Assembly: GCA_045106895.1 (NCBI GenBank)
Contig: JBGCFM010000062.1
Span: forward strand, 64,001-128,000
Origin: Polyangiales bacterium
Lineage (GTDB): Bacteria; Myxococcota_A; Polyangia; Polyangiales; Houyiibacteriaceae
Direction of reading: 5' to 3'
DNA length: 64,000 bases
The notes beneath the pieces are model-generated. The model was not told the DNA's origin and did no database searches. It saw only the letters and a list, made by a program, of their open reading frames with translations. Below are positions 56,417 through 64,000 of this stretch, one piece after another (positions within the stretch are counted from its first letter, which is position 1; each line of letters opens with the position of its first letter). The position numbers and the translations under genes were made by a program.

Positions 56417-57103
56417 ATGTCAGCCCTCGCGACCTGCCGAAAAAGTCTCCAGGACGCGATTCTCAGCGGCGCGTATGCCGCAGGTGAACGTCTACCGGCG
56501 GAGCGAGCCCTCGCTGCCGATCTCGGCGTCGGCCGTGTCACTGTTCGATCCGCTCTCGGCGCCCTCGTGACCCAAGGCCTCCTGGAGACGCGGCAAGGGA
56601 GCGGCTACGTCGTCCGCCCGATGCGTGAGGCGCATGCAGGAGCCTCCTTGCTTCCCGAGTTGGAGCGCCTCGGCACTCTCTCGGTGTACGAGATGGCCCG
56701 CGATCTGCTCCGCCTTCGCCGTCACCTCGCCGCGGCGCTCATCGAGCACTTCACCACCATGGCGACCATCGAAATGACGGCGGTGAGAGATGCGCTTCGA
56801 AGTTTCGAGGAACTCGTTCACCAGGGCGCGACACCGCGCGAGCTAGCCCTTGGCGACGGCCGCATCCTCGAAGCGCTCGTGAGCGCGTCCCGCAGCCTCA
56901 CCTTCGAGCTGATGCTCTACCCCGTCACGCGTGTGTTGATGGAAGTGCATGCGCTGCACCCGCTCCTCTACGCCGAGCCATCGTCCAACGTCGTCGCGTA
57001 TCGCGCGACTATCGCTTGGCTCGAAGGACCACGAAAAAGCCCACTCCCCCTCCTCGTTATTCTTGAAGCACGGGACGAAATCAGCCTGCGGAAACTCAAG
57101 TAA
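56417..57103 (+). CDS. GntR/FadR-family transcriptional regulator
   Basis: GERLPAERALAADLGVGRVTVRSAL..L...GLL..RQGSG; FCD-like C-terminus. Confidence 0.95.
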   Translation: MSALATCRKSLQDAILSGAYAAGERLPAERALAADLGVGRVTVRSALGALVTQGLLETRQGSGYVVRPMREAHAGASLLPELERLGTLSVYEMARDLLRLRRHLAAALIEHFTTMATIEMTAVRDALRSFEELVHQGATPRELALGDGRILEALVSASRSLTFELMLYPVTRVLMEVHALHPLLYAEPSSNVVAYRATIAWLEGPRKSPLPLLVILEARDEISLRKLK

Positions 57104-57873
57104 TGCCACCTACCTCAAACTCTCTCGCTTGGTCTGTCGCCCTCAATATCGCGGAGCGCACGCCTCTACTCCTTCGACCTCGCGACGCCGAGACAAAGCT
57201 CCGCAGCTTCGACGCCATCCTCGGCGAGGAGGGTCCAAATCTGTGGCAGGTGCAGCTGGGGGTCGTTCGCATGCTCCACCGGGTGCTCTTTCGAAGCGAG
57301 AGCATCGGAAACTGCAAAGGCCACCCTGTGCGAAACACGTGGCGCGCACGCATGCTGCATAAGCGCGCGCTGCGTTTACCGGTCCTCGTAGCGCTTCGTG
57401 CCGTGGCACCCCTCGACTTCTCTGGGCTGCTTAGTCCGACCTGGCGTATCCAGCGTCATCTCCTCGCGGCTCACCATGATGGCCTTCAGTTCGTCTACGA
57501 CTTCGAACTTCTCAAAGCCAGTCCCGGCGCCCTCGATGAGGTCCGCGCCGACGCGGAGGAGATTGTGAGTGGGCGTGACCCCCGGGCCAACGCTTGGCGT
57601 GACGTCGCGATCTTCGAGCGCTATCACGAGAACCTCATCGCAGCCATCGACGCATTCGAAGCGGGGGAGTTGCGCCTGGGTGATGACGTCGACAACCCTG
57701 ACCTCACGTTCTTCGCGTTCCTTCGTTGGTGCGCCCGTCAGCCCGCGAGCGCCGACGAGACGCTTCGACGCTTTCAAGCAGGCGAGTACACCATCGCTGA
57801 TGGAGTGGCCGCCATCGAAGCTCAGTCCTCGTCGTCTGCGTCTTCCGCTTCGCTCGCGTGGAGCGGCGTGTAG
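57103..57873 (+). CDS. Hypothetical protein coupled to gntR
   Basis: TAATG overlap; 256 aa; no recognised family; motifs PNLWQ, HLLAAHHD, YH..L. Confidence 0.75.
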   Translation: MPPTSNSLAWSVALNIAERTPLLLRPRDAETKLRSFDAILGEEGPNLWQVQLGVVRMLHRVLFRSESIGNCKGHPVRNTWRARMLHKRALRLPVLVALRAVAPLDFSGLLSPTWRIQRHLLAAHHDGLQFVYDFELLKASPGALDEVRADAEEIVSGRDPRANAWRDVAIFERYHENLIAAIDAFEAGELRLGDDVDNPDLTFFAFLRWCARQPASADETLRRFQAGEYTIADGVAAIEAQSSSSASSASLAWSGV

Positions 57874-58028
57874 CTGCCCTGAGTCTGGTCGTTGTCTTGG
57901 ATCTCCAAGTCGGGTGAATCGGGGTCGTTGTAGGTCTCCCAGCCTGAGTCCGGTCCCCAGCTCGCGCGATTGCAGCCAAAGAGAAGCACAGGCAGGACAA
58001 ACAGGAGAAGAGCCCGAGTACGTCGCAT
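57822..58028 (-). CDS. Small acidic lipoprotein (68 aa)
   Basis: MRRTRALLLFVLPVLLFGC lipobox; TACCCT -10 element 6 nt before the ATG. In the ORF track it appears only as the tail of a longer spurious ORF. Confidence 0.7.
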   Translation of the reverse strand: MRRTRALLLFVLPVLLFGCNRASWGPDSGWETYNDPDSPDLEIQDNDQTQGSYTPLHASEAEDADDED

Positions 58029-58143
58029 ACGTCGAGGGTAGCGTGAGTTTCCGTCGCTGGCATGGGCATTGCTGTTTGTGACGGAGCGCCGTTGGGTTGG
58101 ACCACCCCGGCACACATTTTTGTACGAACCGAGCTGCTTCCCC

Positions 58144-59010
58144 ATGATCTCATCGAGCCTGCGACATCTTGCCCCGCTTCTCTTCTGCGTTGTCTTCCAC
58201 GCTGGTTGCTTCAACTCCGGTATGGGCGACGTCCCGGACGCCGCCGCGGACGCCCCCTCGATGGACGCCTTCAGCTTCGACGCTGGTCCCGGTTTCGACG
58301 CTGGCCCCGGTTTCGACGCCGGACCCGGTTTCGACGCCGGACCCGTTTTTGACGCTGGGACGCCAAGCAGCTGCGCCGCAGAGGACGCCCGCGCCGTCGA
58401 CTGCCCCAGGTTCCTCTGTGACGAGCCAGCCCGTTGGCAGTGGAATGGGCACTCCTGTTTTCCCATCGAATGCGGCGCCTGCGAAGGCGCCGACTGCGGC
58501 ACCGGGCCCTTCGAGCGGGAGGAATGCGAAGCTGCGCACCGCACTTGCGACTCCACGCTCTGCCGCGCGAGTGCTGGGACCTGGCGATTCTGGGGTCGAG
58601 GGGACTGCGGCTTCGTCTGCGGCTTCCCAAGCGGCGACGACTGCGCGGACGGCCCCACGTGTGACTGTGGAGCCTTCGCCAACTTCGTCGAAGGACGTGG
58701 CTGCGTCCGGGAGGACTCCTGCATCCCGCCGCCTATCTTCGTTCCGCCCCAGGAATACTGCGAGCGAAGCGGCGGCGAGTGGGGAGGCTTCTGCGCGCAC
58801 TCTCATTGCGGTCAGCGCAGCCCCTTGGCCTGTGCACAACCCGCCTGCCACTGCCCGTGGCCGCAGGTCTTCGACGAAGGGCGTGGTTGCGTTGAAGGCG
58901 AAGCTTGTTTCCGCGGTGACGGCGGCTGCAACGAGCTCAGCCTCTGTGGTCAAGGCATGGAGTGCATCGACGGCACCTGCGAATTCTCCGTTTGCCCCTT
59001 CGACGGCTGA
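58144..59010 (+). CDS. Cys-rich lipoprotein with FDAGPG repeats
   Basis: Lipobox HAGC; FDAGPG tandem; Cys-rich modules (C..SGG.W; CDC....F..GRGCV). Confidence 0.8.
   Translation: MISSSLRHLAPLLFCVVFHAGCFNSGMGDVPDAAADAPSMDAFSFDAGPGFDAGPGFDAGPGFDAGPVFDAGTPSSCAAEDARAVDCPRFLCDEPARWQWNGHSCFPIECGACEGADCGTGPFEREECEAAHRTCDSTLCRASAGTWRFWGRGDCGFVCGFPSGDDCADGPTCDCGAFANFVEGRGCVREDSCIPPPIFVPPQEYCERSGGEWGGFCAHSHCGQRSPLACAQPACHCPWPQVFDEGRGCVEGEACFRGDGGCNELSLCGQGMECIDGTCEFSVCPFDG
58276..58359 (+). repeat. 18-bp coding tandem repeat (FDAGPG x4 plus a partial copy)
   Basis: TTC GAC GCY GGN CCC GGT units, varying mostly at synonymous positions. Confidence 0.9.
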
Positions 59011-59056
59011 GCGAGCGCGTGCGAAGGCCCGACCCCCCTGTTATGACGGCGGCTCC

Positions 59057-60112
59057 ATGAGCGAAACGACCGAAGAAGTCCAAGAAGAAGCCAAAACCGA
59101 CGAGGTCCAATCGGCCAGCGAGGAGGAGCCCACGAACTTCGGACTCTTGGGCCTGCGAAGCGCCATCGGCGGCCTCCTCATGGGTCTCGCCAACCTCGTC
59201 CCTGGCATCAGTGGCGGCACCATGCTCCTGGCTTCCGGCGTCTACCTGCGCTTCATCGACGCCATCGCAGAGGTATCGCGTCTCAAGTTTCGTAAGGCTT
59301 CCCTCTTCGTTCTCGGCACCATCGTGGTGACGGCGGCGGCGGCCATCTTGGTCTTTTCGGGGCCGGTTAAAGACCTCGTCGTGAGCCACCGCTGGGTGAT
59401 GTACAGCCTCTTCATCGGACTGACCCTGGGCGGCGTCCCCCTCGTCTGGAAGCTTGCCAGACCTGCCACCGGCGCCACGTGGGGCGGCGCTTTGGTCGGC
59501 TTCGGCATTCTTGCGGGCCTCGGATTCACCAGCGTCTCCGCCGGCGCGAACACCGGCTTCCTGCTCATGTTCATCGCGGGTGTCGCGGGCGCGAGCGCGA
59601 TGATTCTCCCAGGCGTCAGCGGCGGCTACCTCTTGGTGTTGATGGGGGCCTACGTTCCGATCCTCAGCGGCATCGACGCATTCAAAGAAGGCCTCAAGGC
59701 GCGCTCCATGGACGCCATCATGGGCCCCGCGATGGACGTGGTTCTTCCCGTTGGGCTGGGCGTCGTCGTCGGCGTCCTCGTGGTCTCGAACGGCCTAAAG
59801 TTTGTTCTCGAGCGATACGAAAAGGCGACCCTCGGCGTTCTCCTGGGGTTCCTCGTCGGCAGTGTCGTAGGCCTCTGGCCGTTCCAGCAGGGCGTTGAAC
59901 CTGTCATCGGAGGCTTGGACGCCCGCGGACGCACCGTGACCCCCGAGCTTCTCGAAGAGCTCACGCCCGAAAAGTGGCCCACCGAGTTCTTCACGCCAAG
60001 CGGCGGACAAATCGGGGCGGCCCTCGGCCTCATCGTCGTCGGCACGCTCATCACCATGGCCGTGGCCAAGGTCGGCGCCGGCAAAGACGAGCTCAAGAAG
60101 AAGAAAGCCTAA
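59057..60112 (+). CDS. DUF368 membrane protein (undecaprenyl-phosphate translocase family)
   Basis: GLLMGLANLVPGISGGT and ASAMILPGVSGG duplicated motifs; ATG at 59057. Confidence 0.9.
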   Translation: MSETTEEVQEEAKTDEVQSASEEEPTNFGLLGLRSAIGGLLMGLANLVPGISGGTMLLASGVYLRFIDAIAEVSRLKFRKASLFVLGTIVVTAAAAILVFSGPVKDLVVSHRWVMYSLFIGLTLGGVPLVWKLARPATGATWGGALVGFGILAGLGFTSVSAGANTGFLLMFIAGVAGASAMILPGVSGGYLLVLMGAYVPILSGIDAFKEGLKARSMDAIMGPAMDVVLPVGLGVVVGVLVVSNGLKFVLERYEKATLGVLLGFLVGSVVGLWPFQQGVEPVIGGLDARGRTVTPELLEELTPEKWPTEFFTPSGGQIGAALGLIVVGTLITMAVAKVGAGKDELKKKKA

Positions 60113-60155
60113 ACGAAGGCGGGAATAGACCCCTCACGAGGGGCATTCCATCGCC

Positions 60156-61013
60156 ATGGAGACACGTTTCCCTTGGCACTGGAAAGAAGGACGCACCGAG
60201 CGTCTTGTGGCGAGCGCTTGTATTCTGTGTGCGGCGCTCGCGGCTCCGGCTTTCGTTTCCGCGATCCTCCACGACCAATCGACGTACAACACGGCGAAGG
60301 ATGGGGTGCCACTCGTGCTGAGCACGGCTCTCTGGGCCTGGTGCTTCCATCGTTTCCTTTGGAAACGAAGCCTGAGCCACGCGTTCTGGTTGGGCCCGCT
60401 TCTCGGTGCGCTCAACGCCGGTACGACCTTTGGACTTTCATCCTTCGTCGCCGGCCAAGGAGCAGGTTCCGCGGTTGGGGGCCTGCTCGTCGGTTCGGTG
60501 TTCGGGACCTTCATTGGGGGTGGCCCCCTCGGCATTGGTTTCGCTGCGGTCTTGGCCAGCTACATCAAAGCCGTTCGATACCGAATCGCCACCGGTGCTA
60601 CGGCGGCGTCGCTCCACGTGTTGCGCGCGAGCGCGTGGCTCTTCGCTTTCGGCGGTGGTTGCTGCACCTACCTCCAGCTACGGCCGCAAGCAGACCTCTC
60701 TTGGCCCACAAGCGCGCTCCTGGTCGTGGGCTTGGTCATTGCGCTCATCGCCCTCGTCGCACACCTGCACGCCATCTTGTGGACGCGGAGCGTGCGTGCT
60801 GGCTCGAAGCGCGCGCACATTCGGCGCGATGAGTTCGACGCGGAGCTAGTCGTCCTCGAAGTTCGCGGCGCCGAAGAAGGCGCCTTTCGCACCCCAGAGC
60901 ACGAGCGAGTCCTTGGATACCTACCGCAGCATCTCGGCTTCGGCGCCGCTCAATGCACAGCGGCGACGGCCGCCCTCATCACGGCTCTCGTCGTCCTCAA
61001 TACGCTCGCGTGA
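60156..61013 (+). CDS. Hypothetical membrane protein
   Basis: About 7 hydrophobic helices; 285 aa. Confidence 0.7.
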   Translation: METRFPWHWKEGRTERLVASACILCAALAAPAFVSAILHDQSTYNTAKDGVPLVLSTALWAWCFHRFLWKRSLSHAFWLGPLLGALNAGTTFGLSSFVAGQGAGSAVGGLLVGSVFGTFIGGGPLGIGFAAVLASYIKAVRYRIATGATAASLHVLRASAWLFAFGGGCCTYLQLRPQADLSWPTSALLVVGLVIALIALVAHLHAILWTRSVRAGSKRAHIRRDEFDAELVVLEVRGAEEGAFRTPEHERVLGYLPQHLGFGAAQCTAATAALITALVVLNTLA

Positions 61014-61026
61014 GTCCACGCGCGCG

Positions 61027-61740
61027 CTATCCATTCGGCATCGTGAGGTACGCCATCATGGAGCGGATCATCTCCTTCGACGTCGCCTCATCGCTCACTT
61101 CCTGCACGACATCCGTGTGGGCGTAGAGAGACCGAATGTCGCGGACGGCGAAGGCCTGACTGAGCGCAAAACGAACGGCCTGTTCAGGATCCGGGTGGGT
61201 GATCTCGTCACGCCTCATCAACAGAAGCGCCGCAACGGAGTCCGTGACTTCGCGGCGAAAGTCGAACGCCGGAGCCCACGCATCAGGGTTGCGCGCCGTC
61301 GCCTCGAGGATCGCTGCCTGAAGACGCTCGCGACCCCGTGAGTTCTCGGCGTACGCGTAGATGAGCGCGTGGATGATCGCGCGGAGAGGAACGCCGTCCC
61401 ATCGCTCCGGATTGAGGAGCTCCCCAACCTGGTCATTGATGCGCCCAAGCTCCCGTTCATGAAGGGCGCGCAGCAGCTCGTCCTTGTCGCGGAATCGCGC
61501 ATAGAACCCGCCGACGGAGCTCTTCGCCTCGCGCACGATGGACGCGATGGACACGCCAGCCAGCCCATCACGGCAGATGAGCTTCTCCGCGGCATCGAGG
61601 AGCCTTTGGAGGGTCGCCTCGGAACGCCCCTGCTTGGGCCGGGCGACGCTTCGAAGATCCGAGGCAAGCCCCAGGACGCCCTTAATTACGGCGCCTTTCG
61701 CTTTTCTGGTCTTTTTTTGAGTGGTGGACTTGTCAGACAT
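61027..61740 (-). CDS. TetR/AcrR-family regulator
   Basis: PKQGRS..T..RLLDAA..L....G....SI..I...A.SSVG.FY.RF.DK..L; divergent from the P450 gene. Confidence 0.95.
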   Translation of the reverse strand: MSDKSTTQKKTRKAKGAVIKGVLGLASDLRSVARPKQGRSEATLQRLLDAAEKLICRDGLAGVSIASIVREAKSSVGGFYARFRDKDELLRALHERELGRINDQVGELLNPERWDGVPLRAIIHALIYAYAENSRGRERLQAAILEATARNPDAWAPAFDFRREVTDSVAALLLMRRDEITHPDPEQAVRFALSQAFAVRDIRSLYAHTDVVQEVSDEATSKEMIRSMMAYLTMPNG

Positions 61741-61774
61741 GAAGTGAGGCCGCACTCTAGCAGAGACCAAAAGA

Positions 61775-61787
61775 AGAATCCGATTCT
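61775..61787. promoter_or_regulatory. Candidate TetR operator
   Basis: Palindrome AGAATC-c-GATTCT in an AT-rich patch between the divergent tetR and P450 genes. Confidence 0.55.
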
Positions 61788-61838
61788 GTTTCTTGAATAA
61801 GTTCCCGAGACCGGATTTCGAGACAAAGGCACGACCTG

Positions 61839-63398
61839 ATGAACCACGCCGCAAAACACACGCCCTCGCCGCAGCTGCTCAGCGAGCGCGCCCGCCACAT
61901 GGCCGACGAACGAGCCGAGAACGCTCGCCTTCCGCCAGAGCTCCGCGCCATCAACCCGTCGGCGTTTCTGAACCCACCGAAGGCGCCCGGCGACGCCTTG
62001 CTCGCCCCGGAGCCTCCAGGCGCGCTCCCCCTGCTCGGACACGCCCGCGCCATCGCGTTGGGCCAAGGCAGCAAGACGCTCGACAAGTTCGTGGAGCTCC
62101 GCGAGAACCACGGAGATGTCGTGCGGCTGCGCTTCGCGTCCCTCGTCGTGCACCTGGTGTCGAATCCGGATCTAATTCGCCAGGTTCTCCGCGAGAGCAA
62201 TACCTACACGAAGGAGACGCGCGGCATCTACAAGATGCGTCTCGTTCTCGGCAACGGCCTGGTCACCAGCCAGGGCCCTTCGTGGCTCCGTAACCGGCGC
62301 ATCGCGCAGCCCGCCTTCGCGAAGAAACGCATCGCCGGCTTCGCCGAGACCATGGCGAGCGCATCTCAGGATATGGTCGACGCGTGGACAGAAGGCGAGA
62401 CCATCGACATTCACCAAGAGATGATGCGGGTCACTTTGAGGATCATCGCCGCGACGATGTTGAGCGCCGACGTCACGAACGAAAGCGACCGCGTCGGCGA
62501 AGCCGTGAGCTACGTCGTCGAAGACATCAACCGACGCCTCAACTCGGTCCTCGACGTCCCGCAGAAGATCCCAACGCACCGCAACCGTAAGTTCCAAAAG
62601 GCGATGGACACCCTCGACGAAGTGGTCCTCGGCACCATCGAGGAGCGACGCGTCAGCGAGCCTAAAAACGACCTTCTTCAGATGTTCATGGAGTCCGTCG
62701 ACTCCGACACCGGCGAGACCATGGACGACGCGCAGCTGCGCGACGAAGTGATGACGATCTTCCTCGCAGGCCACGAGACCACCGCCAACGCCCTCACCTG
62801 GGCGCTCTATCTCCTGTCGAAGAACCCTGGTGTCGCGCGCGCCGTTCGCGAGGAGGTGCGGAACGTGGCCGGAGACGAACCCATCTCCGCTGCTCATACG
62901 CGACAGCTCGACCTCACGGGGCGTGTCCTCCAAGAGGCCATGCGCCTGTACCCGCCAGTGTGGATGACAGCGCGCTCACCCAACGCTGACGTCACTCTGG
63001 GCGGCTATCATATCCCCGAAGGAAGCCTCATCCTCGCGAGCCCTTACGTCACACACCGCCACCCCGACCATTGGGAAGACCCAGAAGGTTTTGACCCGGA
63101 CCGCTTCCTCGCGGAGAAGAGCAAGGACCGAAACCGATCAGCGTACTTCCCATTCGGCGGCGGCCCGCGCATCTGCATCGGCAATCACTTCGCCATGATG
63201 GAAGCGCAGATCATTCTCGGCACGATCCTGCGTGACAACCGACTCGATCTCGTGCCCGGCGCGAATATCGAGATGGAGCCCGTCGTCACGCTGCGGCCAA
63301 AAGACGGAATGCCGATGCGGCCTTTCGCGGTGAAGAACACGACGCCGACGAACTCCAACGATCCCTCGAAGCCAGAAGCGCCGACGGAAGCGGCGTAG
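61839..63398 (+). CDS. Cytochrome P450
   Basis: FLAGHETT, EAMRLYPP, FDPDRF, FGGGPRICIG. Start uncertain. Confidence 0.95.
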   Translation: MNHAAKHTPSPQLLSERARHMADERAENARLPPELRAINPSAFLNPPKAPGDALLAPEPPGALPLLGHARAIALGQGSKTLDKFVELRENHGDVVRLRFASLVVHLVSNPDLIRQVLRESNTYTKETRGIYKMRLVLGNGLVTSQGPSWLRNRRIAQPAFAKKRIAGFAETMASASQDMVDAWTEGETIDIHQEMMRVTLRIIAATMLSADVTNESDRVGEAVSYVVEDINRRLNSVLDVPQKIPTHRNRKFQKAMDTLDEVVLGTIEERRVSEPKNDLLQMFMESVDSDTGETMDDAQLRDEVMTIFLAGHETTANALTWALYLLSKNPGVARAVREEVRNVAGDEPISAAHTRQLDLTGRVLQEAMRLYPPVWMTARSPNADVTLGGYHIPEGSLILASPYVTHRHPDHWEDPEGFDPDRFLAEKSKDRNRSAYFPFGGGPRICIGNHFAMMEAQIILGTILRDNRLDLVPGANIEMEPVVTLRPKDGMPMRPFAVKNTTPTNSNDPSKPEAPTEAA

Positions 63399-63446
63399 TG
63401 AGGCGAGCGGCGCGCTAGGGAACCGAGGGCCCCGGGCTCCTCGCTC

Positions 63447-63782
63447 TTACTCCGCCTCGTCGGCGGACTCGTTGAGTTCCCCGCGCGCGGCCTTGTCGAG
63501 CCAAATGCGGATCTCTTTTTCGACGTAGCCGAGCGCCAGCTTCTTGAATGGGCGGAAGAGTAGAGGAACGTCTAGGTCCATCAAGACCTTTCCGGGCACG
63601 AGCTCCATCGTTCCTTCGAGGGTGACCATCTTGACGGTGAAGGTGACGTCGCAGTGCGTGTCACTCGTCCAATTCGCCGTGGGCTTGAACTCTGCGTATT
63701 CAACGCTGTAAACGGCGTACGCTTTTTCCGCCGCGAGGCGCGCCAGAGGGATATCGAGTTGGTGTTCTACAGCGTGCTGCAT
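63447..63782 (-). CDS. Putative polyhydroxyalkanoic acid system family protein
   Basis: H...H.L....AR.A...A...Y...Y......W......V.F......L.G........LDVPLL.RPF......IE.EI..WL pattern. Confidence 0.65.
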   Translation of the reverse strand: MQHAVEHQLDIPLARLAAEKAYAVYSVEYAEFKPTANWTSDTHCDVTFTVKMVTLEGTMELVPGKVLMDLDVPLLFRPFKKLALGYVEKEIRIWLDKAARGELNESADEAE

Positions 63783-63837
63783 CCGGAAACCTTTATCATA
63801 GAAGCTGCGAGAGAGACGAGGGAAGTGAGCGCGGCAT

Positions 63838-63999
63838 TCATCCGTTGAGGCGGCGCCACGCCACACGAAGTCGACGCTCACCGGCCTTATTCGCGACGTT
63901 CATGATGGGAAGGTCGCGCTCAAAACGTGTTCGAACCGTTGGCTCTACGGCGCTCCACGGGAGGCTCTCGATGAGAGCAGCGAGACGCCTCTGGATGCC
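63838..63999 (-). CDS. C-terminal fragment of a gene starting beyond the window edge
   Basis: Open frame GIQRRLAALIESLPWSAVEPTVRTRFERDLPIMNVANKAGERRLRVAWRRLNG-stop. Confidence 0.55.
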   Translation of the reverse strand, partial: GIQRRLAALIESLPWSAVEPTVRTRFERDLPIMNVANKAGERRLRVAWRRLNG

Positions 64000-64000
64000 G

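Noticed and set aside
58169..59056. Apparent Ser/Thr/Pro-rich extension on DUF368
   Set aside because: It is an alternative frame of the Cys-rich lipoprotein gene. DUF368 starts at ATG 59057.
1..64000. tRNA, rRNA, prophage, transposase, defence or secondary-metabolite core genes
   Set aside because: No recognisable signatures by eye. A tRNAscan/Infernal/DefenseFinder run would be needed to exclude them formally.

Overview
GC-rich, gene-dense 64 kb window that looks myxobacterial (Myxococcota, probably Polyangia/Sandaracinus-like). This is inferred from gene content: AglRQS-type motor genes, a Glt/Nfs-like cluster, a MYXO-CTERM protein, Cys-rich repeats, a DUF1552/DUF1592 pair and a Hanks-type kinase. 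About 53 CDS are called. I saw no rRNA, tRNA, CRISPR array or transposase. Main content: (1) an aglRQS-like TolQR motor operon at the left edge; (2) GT4 and alkaline-phosphatase-superfamily genes plus two large integrin-alpha-like (FG-GAP) surface proteins; (3) a DUF1592-DUF1552-lipoprotein-truncated globin operon; (4) a Glt/Nfs-like envelope operon (OM barrel, accessory protein, GltC/D/E/F-like) whose GltG-like gene lies four genes downstream; (5) tRNA/rRNA modification, lipid and oxygenase genes. Non-coding highlights read directly from the sequence: a nested pair of palindromic elements at 50312-50536 with compensatory base changes and identical G-U/G-T wobble positions; a perfect PdhR/LldR-type operator inside a sigma70 promoter; and a recurring TAnnnT-(6-7 nt)-start codon pattern suggesting widespread leaderless mRNAs. 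All family assignments come from motif recognition by eye; no database searches were run.
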